From assembly GCA_963845145.1 (NCBI GenBank), contig CAWJQU010000002.1, positions 544,001-608,000 of the forward strand: a DNA stretch of 64,000 bases, in the 5' to 3' direction. Shown piece by piece: positions 29,376-37,889 of this stretch. Each line of letters starts with the position of its first letter. The first letter of the stretch is position 1. This DNA is from an uncultured delta proteobacterium. Its GTDB lineage: Bacteria > Desulfobacterota > Desulfobacteria > Desulfobacterales > QNYZ01. A program made the translations under genes and the position numbers. The notes below the pieces were generated by a model. The model was not told the origin of the DNA. It saw nothing but the letters and a program-made list of their open reading frames with translations, and made no database searches.

Positions 29376-30599
29376 ATGCTAAGCGAAAAGAATACCCGGC
29401 AACCATCGACGAAAAAAGTGTGGTTCATCTCGCCGGGGCAATATGCAAAGGACGACCAAAAGACCGATCGGCATGCCGGAGAGGCAACGGCGACGGTGAC
29501 ATATAAAATATCTGAAATCGCCGATTACATGTTAAATCCTGCTTCTTTAGAGATTCAGAGTAAGCTTGTAGGGTGTAACATCCACCACAACCAAAGCCAT
29601 AAACAGGGGGCCAATAAATCGGGAGCCCATAAACTCGGGGCATGGTACCGAAAGTTGTTAAATAAAGTATTGCCTGGAAAGATAAATCCGGGATTAAACA
29701 CCCAATCGCGATTGCCGGAAATGGTGACATCCGAAATGGATACGGAGCCAGGCCAGATAAAGGATAAAAACCTGCGCTTGCACATCCGTGGCATTTATAA
29801 TCAATTAAAACCATATGATCCCGTGATCAAAGCCCTATCCGGCCTGGATTTACAATCCGTATCAGATATAGAGGGCGTGTGTCGCGACGAGGCCGGAAAT
29901 TTCACAAATATTGCCCTATCCGGCACCTTGGACGAAAAAATTTCTTATATCATTAAAAATCTTTTGCAACAGGTACCGCTTGCATTGAAAAAAGCGTATA
30001 TGGGCGACGGACTATTTGAGATGAGCGGGTTTGATTTTTCAGCCTACAAACCTGAAAATACCTACTGGTTGGTTAAATCGATGGAAAAGGGCAATAGCCA
30101 AGCCTATGTTCTATCCAATGACCAAAAAGTGAGATATCATGTTCAGAATATCGAATTTGTCTTTTACCTGCAATTGTTAGAACAATTATTAAAGGTCAAC
30201 CCGGAATTAATGAATGCGTTGGCCATGTGCATTGCGGATAAAGCAAAACCCTCGAAATTATTTTTCAAACGCCAACTAGGCATCGATTATTCCCCGGAAC
30301 AGATACCTGAAATATATCAAGAGGTATTTAAAAAGTATAACATCGATGTGAGCCAAAAAAAAATTGTGGCCAATGCGCTACGCGATCGTCAACTCGGCAT
30401 CTCTTTTATGTATGTGCCCCAAAACGACTCGGGCAAAAATTGTCTGGAGACCAATCTATCTGTTTTGCACAACTACAGGGCCCTGGACGCAATTAGGAAA
30501 GAGGCACCGCAAGTGTTTTCGGAAATAGGTAACATGGCGGCAACAACAGATGTAGGGAAATTCTATCTTCTCGATAAATATAACGGGTCTACCCAATGA
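29376..30599 (+). CDS. Hypothetical protein (407 aa), first gene of the LonB operon
   Basis: Long ORF with no domain I recognise; start moved from 29319 because that ATG lies inside the sigma-54 box; ATGA overlap with lon. Confidence 0.8.
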   Translation: MLSEKNTRQPSTKKVWFISPGQYAKDDQKTDRHAGEATATVTYKISEIADYMLNPASLEIQSKLVGCNIHHNQSHKQGANKSGAHKLGAWYRKLLNKVLPGKINPGLNTQSRLPEMVTSEMDTEPGQIKDKNLRLHIRGIYNQLKPYDPVIKALSGLDLQSVSDIEGVCRDEAGNFTNIALSGTLDEKISYIIKNLLQQVPLALKKAYMGDGLFEMSGFDFSAYKPENTYWLVKSMEKGNSQAYVLSNDQKVRYHVQNIEFVFYLQLLEQLLKVNPELMNALAMCIADKAKPSKLFFKRQLGIDYSPEQIPEIYQEVFKKYNIDVSQKKIVANALRDRQLGISFMYVPQNDSGKNCLETNLSVLHNYRALDAIRKEAPQVFSEIGNMAATTDVGKFYLLDKYNGSTQ

Positions 30600-32848
30600 C
30601 AGGTGTTTACGATAAAAAAGACCATGAATGGATCAAGGAGTTAACGCAGTATCCCCGGGTGCTATCTCAGCAGCTATCCTATTTCACAGATACTTCCGAG
30701 ATTTCCATCCCCGATGACCCCATTGAGCAGGTCATTTTTCAAGACAGGGCGAAGGCAGCCATCCGACAAATTGCTCACAATAGGGGGCATATCCTGATGG
30801 TGGGCATGCCCGGAACCGGAAAATCCATGCTCTCCAATATGTTCAATAGCGTCGTCGACAGATCCATGGGAGCGTATTTAAGGCCCAAAGATTCGATTGT
30901 TGCGTATCCGGGAAAGGACAAAAACCATATACGCATCGCTTACGAAAAGCCCGAAGCCATTGACGAGGAAATTACTAAAATCAATGAAGCCATCCATTTG
31001 GCGCAAAACAGTGTGGACGAGTTTAATTTATCCGAGCAGATCCATTCGGTTAAAAGAGTCAAGAAAGGCTTAATGTGGGCCACAGCGATAACCGCCGTAA
31101 CAGGTTTCTTCTTTCCCCCGGCGTTTATTGCGACAGGGCTCACCGGTATCGGCGCCATTTTTATGTATATCCAGGAAAATAACCACGCCGTACAGGAAAA
31201 AATTCAGCAGGCGAACCATCAAACCAAAAGCAATGAAGTGAAACCCCTGCAGGACCTCGTGCCGGAAATCCTTTATGACCCGCGAAAAGCGAAGGCCTTA
31301 ATGACGAGAATCTCGGAACCGGACTCAAGAAACATGAAGGGTGGTTTCCGACATGATCCCTATCAATCCGGTCTTCTTCATACACCGGCTCACAAACGGG
31401 CTTATTTGGGTGCCCACGCCAAGTCACCCATTATCTATATCGATGAATTAAAGGCCATGGTCAAAGCCGGCTATATGCCCGATTTGTTGGAGATCATGCA
31501 AAACAAAACCTATATGCTCGAAGGCGGAAAAAATACCGGCAGTGGGTCCGCCGACCGGTCAGAAAGCCGGATAAAGGCAGAGAACATAATCATTGCATGT
31601 TGCAATCATGATACCCTCCGGTATCTCCAGGAAGAAAACGACGGTGCTTTTTTGAGCAGGATTGAAGATAAGGGCGAAATCGTTTACCTGAAAAGTGCCG
31701 TCCCCGAAAGCCTTAATACGAATAAACAGGTTGCCCAATACATCAAGCAGGAAATCATCAATCTGGAGAATGAATTTCAGGAAGCGTGGTCTGATGTTCT
31801 GGAGCAAGAGGGATATGAGGGGGTCAGAAAAAGAAGCGAACAGGTCTTCGGCAAACCACTTCCCCCCGATTATAAGCTGACGGTTCGAGAATTTTCGAAA
31901 AATGCCGTTCTCGAGATCATTAAAGAACTCAGGTGTCGCGCGTCGGACAAGAAGTTGAGCAGTATGTTGCGACCGATAAACGGTATTGTTAAAACGGCGG
32001 AGTACAAAGCCATTCTGGATAATTCCGATTTGGTGGAACCGGAGCATGTTCGTGAAGCCCTTGAAGAGCATTTAAGCCTTGAAGGGGCCATCTATCGGGA
32101 AGTTGTCGAACACAAAAAAGATTTAAAAAAGTATATAGGGGCCATGACCGACAACATCGGATATGTCGTGGGCCTGGCCGTCATTCAATCCAGGTCAAGC
32201 GGGCGGATGGTCGGCCAACCCCTTCCGATCCATTGTCAGATCAATGCCGGAACATCCGATACGGTTGTGGCACCAGGTAAAATAGGGGATATCGCCAAAG
32301 CGGCCTCTCAAAATGTCCGGGCATCCATAAAAAAAGTCCTCAACAAAATAGGCGCGCCCTATGTCGGGTATGAAATGCACGTGGAGTATATTCAAGCCCA
32401 TGACGGTGTTGAGGGCGACAGCGCTTCGGTTGCCATCGATATTGCGCTTATTTCCGACTACATTAAACAATCGGTAAACCAGAAATATGGCGTCACCGGA
32501 TCACTTACAGGCGATATCATGCTGGCCGTAGGCGGCGTAACGGAAAAACTGAGATCAATCATGGACACAACCCTGGGTATGGAGGGCGCCTGCATCCCCT
32601 GGCAAAATAAATATGATATCGAACCGCTCATCATCAATATGGAACATGAATATATCCAAACTGATAACATCCCCGGAATCAGGATCTTTAGGACCGAAAA
32701 AAGAAAAGATCCGTTCGATATCTACTGCTGCAAAACAAAATATCATGCCTATCGAATTCTAATGGGTTTAGGTAAAGAAGAAGTAGAGCAACGCATGGCA
32801 GAAAGAAGCAGAAAAGATGCCACTTTTATCAAAGGAGAGATCGTATGA
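30596..32848 (+). CDS. Archaeal-type (LonB-like) membrane-anchored ATP-dependent Lon protease
   Basis: IEQVIFQ, Walker A GMPGTGKS, TM insert, RHDPYQSG..TPAH, Walker B IIYIDE, LSRI, catalytic EGDSAS and GGVTEK. Confidence 0.88.
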   Translation: MTGVYDKKDHEWIKELTQYPRVLSQQLSYFTDTSEISIPDDPIEQVIFQDRAKAAIRQIAHNRGHILMVGMPGTGKSMLSNMFNSVVDRSMGAYLRPKDSIVAYPGKDKNHIRIAYEKPEAIDEEITKINEAIHLAQNSVDEFNLSEQIHSVKRVKKGLMWATAITAVTGFFFPPAFIATGLTGIGAIFMYIQENNHAVQEKIQQANHQTKSNEVKPLQDLVPEILYDPRKAKALMTRISEPDSRNMKGGFRHDPYQSGLLHTPAHKRAYLGAHAKSPIIYIDELKAMVKAGYMPDLLEIMQNKTYMLEGGKNTGSGSADRSESRIKAENIIIACCNHDTLRYLQEENDGAFLSRIEDKGEIVYLKSAVPESLNTNKQVAQYIKQEIINLENEFQEAWSDVLEQEGYEGVRKRSEQVFGKPLPPDYKLTVREFSKNAVLEIIKELRCRASDKKLSSMLRPINGIVKTAEYKAILDNSDLVEPEHVREALEEHLSLEGAIYREVVEHKKDLKKYIGAMTDNIGYVVGLAVIQSRSSGRMVGQPLPIHCQINAGTSDTVVAPGKIGDIAKAASQNVRASIKKVLNKIGAPYVGYEMHVEYIQAHDGVEGDSASVAIDIALISDYIKQSVNQKYGVTGSLTGDIMLAVGGVTEKLRSIMDTTLGMEGACIPWQNKYDIEPLIINMEHEYIQTDNIPGIRIFRTEKRKDPFDIYCCKTKYHAYRILMGLGKEEVEQRMAERSRKDATFIKGEIV

Positions 32849-33576
32849 CCGTTGAATCATTTTGTAAAAAACAGGAAGAGGCCTTCAATAGCAATCTGAC
32901 AGACAAGATCAAAAATAGTGCGCCATTTTTGCCGGTGATAACCATTTCAGGAGAGCCCGGTAGCGGTGGCGCTATCATTGCAGAGAGCATCGCCCAGCGC
33001 ATGGAATATCGATTGTACGCAAAAAATATACTCACCGCCATGGCCAATAAAGCAGATGTCAAAGAGGCCATGTTAGAGGAGATTGAAAAAAGACGCCCCT
33101 CGGAGATTGAAGACTTTATCCGGTCGATCCTCCCCAAGGATGGATATGTCTACAAAGGCGACTATTTCGAAAACTTAAAAGAAACGGTTTCCAATCTTGC
33201 GATGATCGGCAAAGCCGTTTTTGTCGGACGCGGCGCCAATTTTATCATTCCAAAGGAAAAACGGTTTGCCCTTCGCGTCGTTGCGCCTTTGGATAACCGA
33301 ATTAAAAATATCGCATCGTTTTATGATTGTCCTTTAGAGGAGGCCGAAAATCGAATCACGAACCGGGAGTCGAAACGAAAAACATTTATAAAAAATAACT
33401 TCCGAGAAGATATCGATGATCATATTCACTATGATCTTACGCTGAACACCGAACGTATGGATCTATTAACCTGCACGGAAATCGTGATCGGTGCAATCAG
33501 AGGCTCCCAGGCGAACCGGGTTTTTGAGAATGCCGGTTCTAACTTTATGCCATCCAAGGCACAATCCGAAGGGTAA
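32845..33576 (+). CDS. Cytidylate-kinase-like family protein
   Basis: VITISGEPGSGG, AVFVGRGANFI, LRVVAPLDNRI, YDLTLNT; SD AAGGAG; ATGA overlap. Confidence 0.85.
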   Translation: MTVESFCKKQEEAFNSNLTDKIKNSAPFLPVITISGEPGSGGAIIAESIAQRMEYRLYAKNILTAMANKADVKEAMLEEIEKRRPSEIEDFIRSILPKDGYVYKGDYFENLKETVSNLAMIGKAVFVGRGANFIIPKEKRFALRVVAPLDNRIKNIASFYDCPLEEAENRITNRESKRKTFIKNNFREDIDDHIHYDLTLNTERMDLLTCTEIVIGAIRGSQANRVFENAGSNFMPSKAQSEG

Positions 33577-33648
33577 TTCGAAGGACGGGAGATGGCCTTT
33601 TCGCCTTAACTCCCGAACAACTCCGGGGCTGTCGTTGAAACCAAAAGA

Positions 33649-34860
33649 TCAGATGCGTTCATCAATTGGAGCCACTTCCACCGGTGCGTGCGTTCCCTCG
33701 AAGTTGGCCGACGATAACAGCAGATAAATCACACATCCGGCCATTAAAATGCCGCCCAGGGGAAAGGCGTAGCGAAGAGAGAAAATGTCCATCATCAAGC
33801 CGGCCGAAAGAGATCCGACCAGCATGCCTAAACTGTGGGCCACGGTTAAAATGGCCATGACCGACCCCATGGCTTCCGTATCATTCCCTTTGGCCACAGC
33901 AATGGCCATGACGGCGGGCATGGAGATCCCACCACCAATCCCGAAGATAAGGCTGGCGGTAAACAGGCCCCAGAACCCTTTAACCCAAATAAAAGAGAGC
34001 ACCGCGCCCGCCACAAGGAGACCACCGAGAATCATCATTTTGCGCCGATCGATGCGATCGGACAGGTATCCCATGGGAACATGAAGCAGTCCACTGACCA
34101 ACACCCCCTCCATAACCAAAAAGCCGATAACGGTGCTGGACAAGGACATTTCAGAAGCCGCCAGTACGGGCAAAAATCCCCAGATGATACCGATGCAGGC
34201 GGTGTAGGCCAGCCGGAAGTAAAAAAGCGCGGCAATTGTTTGGTCTTTTAAGAGCACGCCCCAGGCCATGGGGCTTTTCACCTTGGCATTAATCCGTTCT
34301 TCCTGGGTGGGGGGCAATAGAAAAAGACAGAGAAGGCATGCGCCCAAAGATAGTACACCCATATAAATAAACGTGACGGAAAGGCTAAAACGATCGTTAA
34401 TCATGCCGCCCATTAACGGCCCGATACTCAAACCGATAAACATCGACATGTTGAACAGTCCCATGACGAAACCTTCTTTGCCGGCAGGTGTCACATCACC
34501 CACATACGCCTGGGCCACCGGCATAATCATGGCCGATGCCAATCCCTGGAAAAAACGGATAAAAATCAACATCTCGATCGAATCGGAGAAGCTGAAAGCC
34601 ACGGAAATCAGGGCATAGGAAAACAAGCCGGCAATAAGAAACGGCTTTCTGCCTTTTTTATCGGAAAGTCGGCCGAAATAGGGTAGGAAAAAGGTGCGTG
34701 CCAACGAAAACGACCCGAATATCATCCCAATCGCAAAACCCCCAGCACCAAGGGTATGGGCATACACAGGTAGCAACGGGACAACGATCCCCACCCCGGT
34801 GACAGTGGCAAAAATGGCAAAGAAAAGGACGATGAAGATTTTTTTGTCAATGGATGGCAT
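33649..34860 (-). CDS. MFS transporter (DHA1-like)
   Basis: GRLSDKKGRK and GYLSDRIDRR motif A, 12 TM; the extension to 34908 is only the repeat array. Confidence 0.9.
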   Translation of the reverse strand: MPSIDKKIFIVLFFAIFATVTGVGIVVPLLPVYAHTLGAGGFAIGMIFGSFSLARTFFLPYFGRLSDKKGRKPFLIAGLFSYALISVAFSFSDSIEMLIFIRFFQGLASAMIMPVAQAYVGDVTPAGKEGFVMGLFNMSMFIGLSIGPLMGGMINDRFSLSVTFIYMGVLSLGACLLCLFLLPPTQEERINAKVKSPMAWGVLLKDQTIAALFYFRLAYTACIGIIWGFLPVLAASEMSLSSTVIGFLVMEGVLVSGLLHVPMGYLSDRIDRRKMMILGGLLVAGAVLSFIWVKGFWGLFTASLIFGIGGGISMPAVMAIAVAKGNDTEAMGSVMAILTVAHSLGMLVGSLSAGLMMDIFSLRYAFPLGGILMAGCVIYLLLSSANFEGTHAPVEVAPIDERI

Positions 34861-34872
34861 TAGATTCCGTTG

Positions 34873-34959
34873 GCCGGTTTGCCCGTTTGCCGGTTTACCG
34901 GTTTGCACGTGTGCCGGTTGCCGGTTTGCCGGTTTGCCCGTGTGCCGGTTTGCCGGTGG
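34873..34959. repeat. Octamer tandem array (GCCGGTTT type, ~11 units)
   Basis: GCCGGTTT GCCCGTTT GCCGGTTT ACCGGTTT...; 12 nt upstream of the MFS start. Confidence 0.95.
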
Positions 34960-34999
34960 ATCAGTTAAGTAGCGGGCTTGTGGAACACGATTCGTCTGT

Positions 35000-35043
35000 T
35001 ATTAAAATAAGGGCGATACCTATATCGCCCTTATATTTTAATA
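35000..35043. terminator. Hairpin/terminator downstream of PMM/PGM
   Basis: TATTAAAATAAGGGCGATA-CCTA-TATCGCCCTTATATTTTAATA. Confidence 0.7.
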
Positions 35044-35060
35044 GCCGTATTTAGCTGGTT

Positions 35061-36410
35061 TTAAGACTTTTGGATTTCGGCCAGGGTACCTTCTACCAGG
35101 GAACGGATCTCATTGAGCCGATCTTCGGTCAGGGCTTCAAACCGGAGCACCAGGGCCGGTTGCGTGTTGGAGGCGCGCACCAGGCCCCAGCCGTCATCAA
35201 AAATGACCCGCATGCCGTCAATATCGATTACTTCATAGCTCTTTTTAAAATGGGCCGTCACCTTTTCCACAACATCAAATTTTATATCGTCCGGGCATTC
35301 CACCCGAATCTCCGGTGTTGTGAAGGTGCGCGGTACATCCGCCAAGAGGGCCGATAACGGTTGATCCGTTCGGGATAGTATTTCCAAAAGGCGTAAAGAG
35401 GCGTAAGTCGCATCATCATACCCGAAGTAGCGGTCGGCAAAAAACATGTGGCCACTCATCTCTCCGGCCAGGGCGGCATCTTCTTCTTTCATCTTCTTTT
35501 TAATCAGGGAGTGGCCGGTCTTCCACATGATTGCCCGTCCACCGTTTTTTTCAATATCATCATACAAGGTCTGGGAACATTTGACCTCGGAGATAAATGT
35601 GGCCCCTGGCTTTCGGGAGAGCACCTCGCGGGCGAAGAGAATCAACAGTTTATCGCCGTAAATGATCTGACCCTTCTCATCAACAACACCTATCCGATCA
35701 CCATCCCCATCGTATCCGATTCCCAGATCGAGTTTTTTTTCTTTCACCAACGCGATCAAATCCGTCAGGTTTTTTAATACGGTGGGATCTGCTTCATGGT
35801 TGGGAAAGGTGCCATCCATCTCGCAATAGATATCATGCACCTCACACCCATGGTGGCGTATGGCGGGGACGGCCACCACCCCGGCCGTACCGTTGCCGGC
35901 ATCCACACCCAGCCGTATCGGTTTTTCAATCCGAATGTTCTCGTTTAGAAAAGCACGGTAGGGGGTAACGGCATCAGCGGTCGCTCGTTGACCCGAGCCA
36001 TCGGCGAACTCACTGCGTTCAATGATTTGCCGAATCGTCTGAATCTGTGCCCCATGAATCGACTCAGCCCCCTTGCAAAGTTTGAAACCGTTATATTCAC
36101 CCGGGTTGTGGCTGGCAGTCACCATCACGCCACCATCCATCTTAAAATGCTGAATAGAGAAGTAAAGGACCGGGGTCGGGCACACCCCGATATCCGTCAC
36201 ATCACATCCAACGGATTGCAGGCCGGCCATGACTTTTTCGGCATACGCATCGGACGTGAGGCGGCAATCCCGCCCAACCGTCACCTTATGACAGTCGTGC
36301 TTGCGAAGATAGGTCCCGATCCCCTGTCCTATTCGCATCACATCTTCTTCGTCCATATCCTTCCCGGCAATTCCTCGAATATCGTACTCCCTGAACATTT
36401 GCGGATTCAT
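35061..36410 (-). CDS. Phosphomannomutase/phosphoglucomutase (AlgC-like)
   Basis: FREYDIRG, VTASHNP, DGDGDR, GEMSGH, RASNTQP; start at MNPQMF. Confidence 0.95.
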   Translation of the reverse strand: MNPQMFREYDIRGIAGKDMDEEDVMRIGQGIGTYLRKHDCHKVTVGRDCRLTSDAYAEKVMAGLQSVGCDVTDIGVCPTPVLYFSIQHFKMDGGVMVTASHNPGEYNGFKLCKGAESIHGAQIQTIRQIIERSEFADGSGQRATADAVTPYRAFLNENIRIEKPIRLGVDAGNGTAGVVAVPAIRHHGCEVHDIYCEMDGTFPNHEADPTVLKNLTDLIALVKEKKLDLGIGYDGDGDRIGVVDEKGQIIYGDKLLILFAREVLSRKPGATFISEVKCSQTLYDDIEKNGGRAIMWKTGHSLIKKKMKEEDAALAGEMSGHMFFADRYFGYDDATYASLRLLEILSRTDQPLSALLADVPRTFTTPEIRVECPDDIKFDVVEKVTAHFKKSYEVIDIDGMRVIFDDGWGLVRASNTQPALVLRFEALTEDRLNEIRSLVEGTLAEIQKS

Positions 36411-36424
36411 ATCACAGCTCCAAT

Positions 36425-37261
36425 TTAAGTTCCTAAAAACAAAGCGAATACACCAACGATCCAGCAATAGGGTGAAAAAAGGTAAAGTTTACCCTTTTTT
36501 ACAATATAGACCAACATTTTTAACGAAAGATAACCCACCACCGCTGCGGATAGAATACCGGCGACAATAATCGAGACGGGAAATTCACCACCCCGGGACA
36601 CATCCCTTGCCGCTAGTAACGCTGCCCCCCCAATGGCGGGAATCGATAGTAAAAAGGCATATCGGGCAGCCAGATCACGTTTTAAACCGAGAAACAGGCC
36701 CACTGCGATGGTAGATCCCGAACGGGAGATGCCGGGTAAAATCGCCAGGCCCTGCACCAATCCCACTATCAATGCCTTTCCGACCGAAAAATGCCCCACC
36801 CCATGATCGGTTTTTTTTACCCTGCGGGTCAACCAAAGGACCGTTCCGGTGACCAGCAACATCAACCCCACCATCCGAACGGATGAAAAAAGTTGATCGG
36901 CAATCTGATGAAAACCGATCCCGATCAGGGCGGTGGGAACCGATCCCAATACAATCAGGAGGGCCATCCTCACTTCCGGATCGGCCCATGCATCCGACAG
37001 GGCTGCGTCGCCTTTCAATAAACGCCGAGTCATATTGAACAAAGCACAAATAATGCCCGCCAACTCCTTTTTAAAGTAAATGACGACAGCCATCAGCGTA
37101 CCCACATGCACGGCAATATCAAAGACCAACTCGGGTTCTTTTAACCCAAACAGGTGCTGAAAAATAACCAAATGCCCGGAAGAACTGACCGGTAGAAATT
37201 CGGTCAATCCCTGGACGATACCTAAAATAATGGCTTGAATTAAATCCAAATAAATCTCCAA
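36425..37261 (-). CDS. uppP: Undecaprenyl-diphosphate phosphatase
   Basis: QGLTEFLPVSSSGH, PGISRSGST, FLLSIPA; TTG start. Confidence 0.95.
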   Translation of the reverse strand: MEIYLDLIQAIILGIVQGLTEFLPVSSSGHLVIFQHLFGLKEPELVFDIAVHVGTLMAVVIYFKKELAGIICALFNMTRRLLKGDAALSDAWADPEVRMALLIVLGSVPTALIGIGFHQIADQLFSSVRMVGLMLLVTGTVLWLTRRVKKTDHGVGHFSVGKALIVGLVQGLAILPGISRSGSTIAVGLFLGLKRDLAARYAFLLSIPAIGGAALLAARDVSRGGEFPVSIIVAGILSAAVVGYLSLKMLVYIVKKGKLYLFSPYCWIVGVFALFLGT

Positions 37262-37367
37262 GAGAATAGCTGATGAGCTGATAAGCTGATAAGCTGGTAA
37301 GCCGGTGATGAGCTATTGAGCTGATGAGCTGATAAGCTGGTGAGCTGATAAGCTGGTGAGCTGGTGC
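37262..37367. repeat. Octamer array (AGCTGATR/AGCTGGTG type), left arm
   Basis: AGCTGATG AGCTGATA AGCTGATA AGCTGGTA...; abuts the uppP start codon. Confidence 0.95.
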
Positions 37368-37417
37368 GTTGGTACGCAGTTAAATGATGGCGTTGATATT
37401 GATTTATTGAGTGCATG

Positions 37418-37792
37418 TCATCTCATCGATTTAATGAGTGAATTTAACATCTTTGCTATTTCTTCAGCATTTCGGATATATGGTTCGATCTTTTTACGGG
37501 TAATCCAGTCAAGTTTTTGAAAAATAAATAAAAGCGTTACCGTTTCAAAAAGCGATCCTCTGGCAATGTATAGATATTGAATAAACTCTTTTGTAGTCTG
37601 TCGTCCTTTACCTTCGGCAATGTTCATTGCCACACTGGTCGCTGCGGATTCTAATTGTTCTACTAGCCGGTAGTGCTTACGGTCAGTATTCAGTTCGCCA
37701 ACCATGCGGATGACATCTTCAGCAAAAACGATGCCCTTTTGCCACACTTTTAATTTCTGGAAACTAAAAATTGAATGAGAATCCTTTTCCAA
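37418..37792 (-). CDS. Four-helix-bundle protein (23S rRNA IVS protein / bAvd-like family)
   Basis: FQKLKVWQK, QLESAATSVAMNIAEG.GR, F.QYLYIARGSLFE, KMLNSLIKS. Confidence 0.9.
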   Translation of the reverse strand: MEKDSHSIFSFQKLKVWQKGIVFAEDVIRMVGELNTDRKHYRLVEQLESAATSVAMNIAEGKGRQTTKEFIQYLYIARGSLFETVTLLFIFQKLDWITRKKIEPYIRNAEEIAKMLNSLIKSMR

Positions 37793-37810
37793 CGTTTTAT
37801 TCCATACCCA

Positions 37811-37887
37811 ACCGCTTACCAGCTCATCAGCTCACCAGCTTATCAGCTCATCAGCTTAAGCTTAATAGCTTAATAGCTTACTATCTC
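37811..37887. repeat. Octamer array (YATCAGCT type), right arm, inverted relative to 37262..37367
   Basis: ACCAGCTC ATCAGCTC ACCAGCTT ATCAGCTC ATCAGCTT...AATAGCTT; ends 2 nt from the rtcB stop. Confidence 0.95.
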
Positions 37888-37889
37888 AA

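Noticed and set aside
34694..35054. ORFs with CRFAGLPV-type repeats (also 37771..37986, 42991..43662, 43357..43566)
   Set aside because: Translations of the non-coding octamer arrays and antisense shadows of real genes.
37418..37792. Diversity-generating retroelement (bAvd-like gene)
   Set aside because: No reverse transcriptase and no TR/VR pair with adenine-specific mismatches; the 12320/13577 repeat differences are not A-specific.
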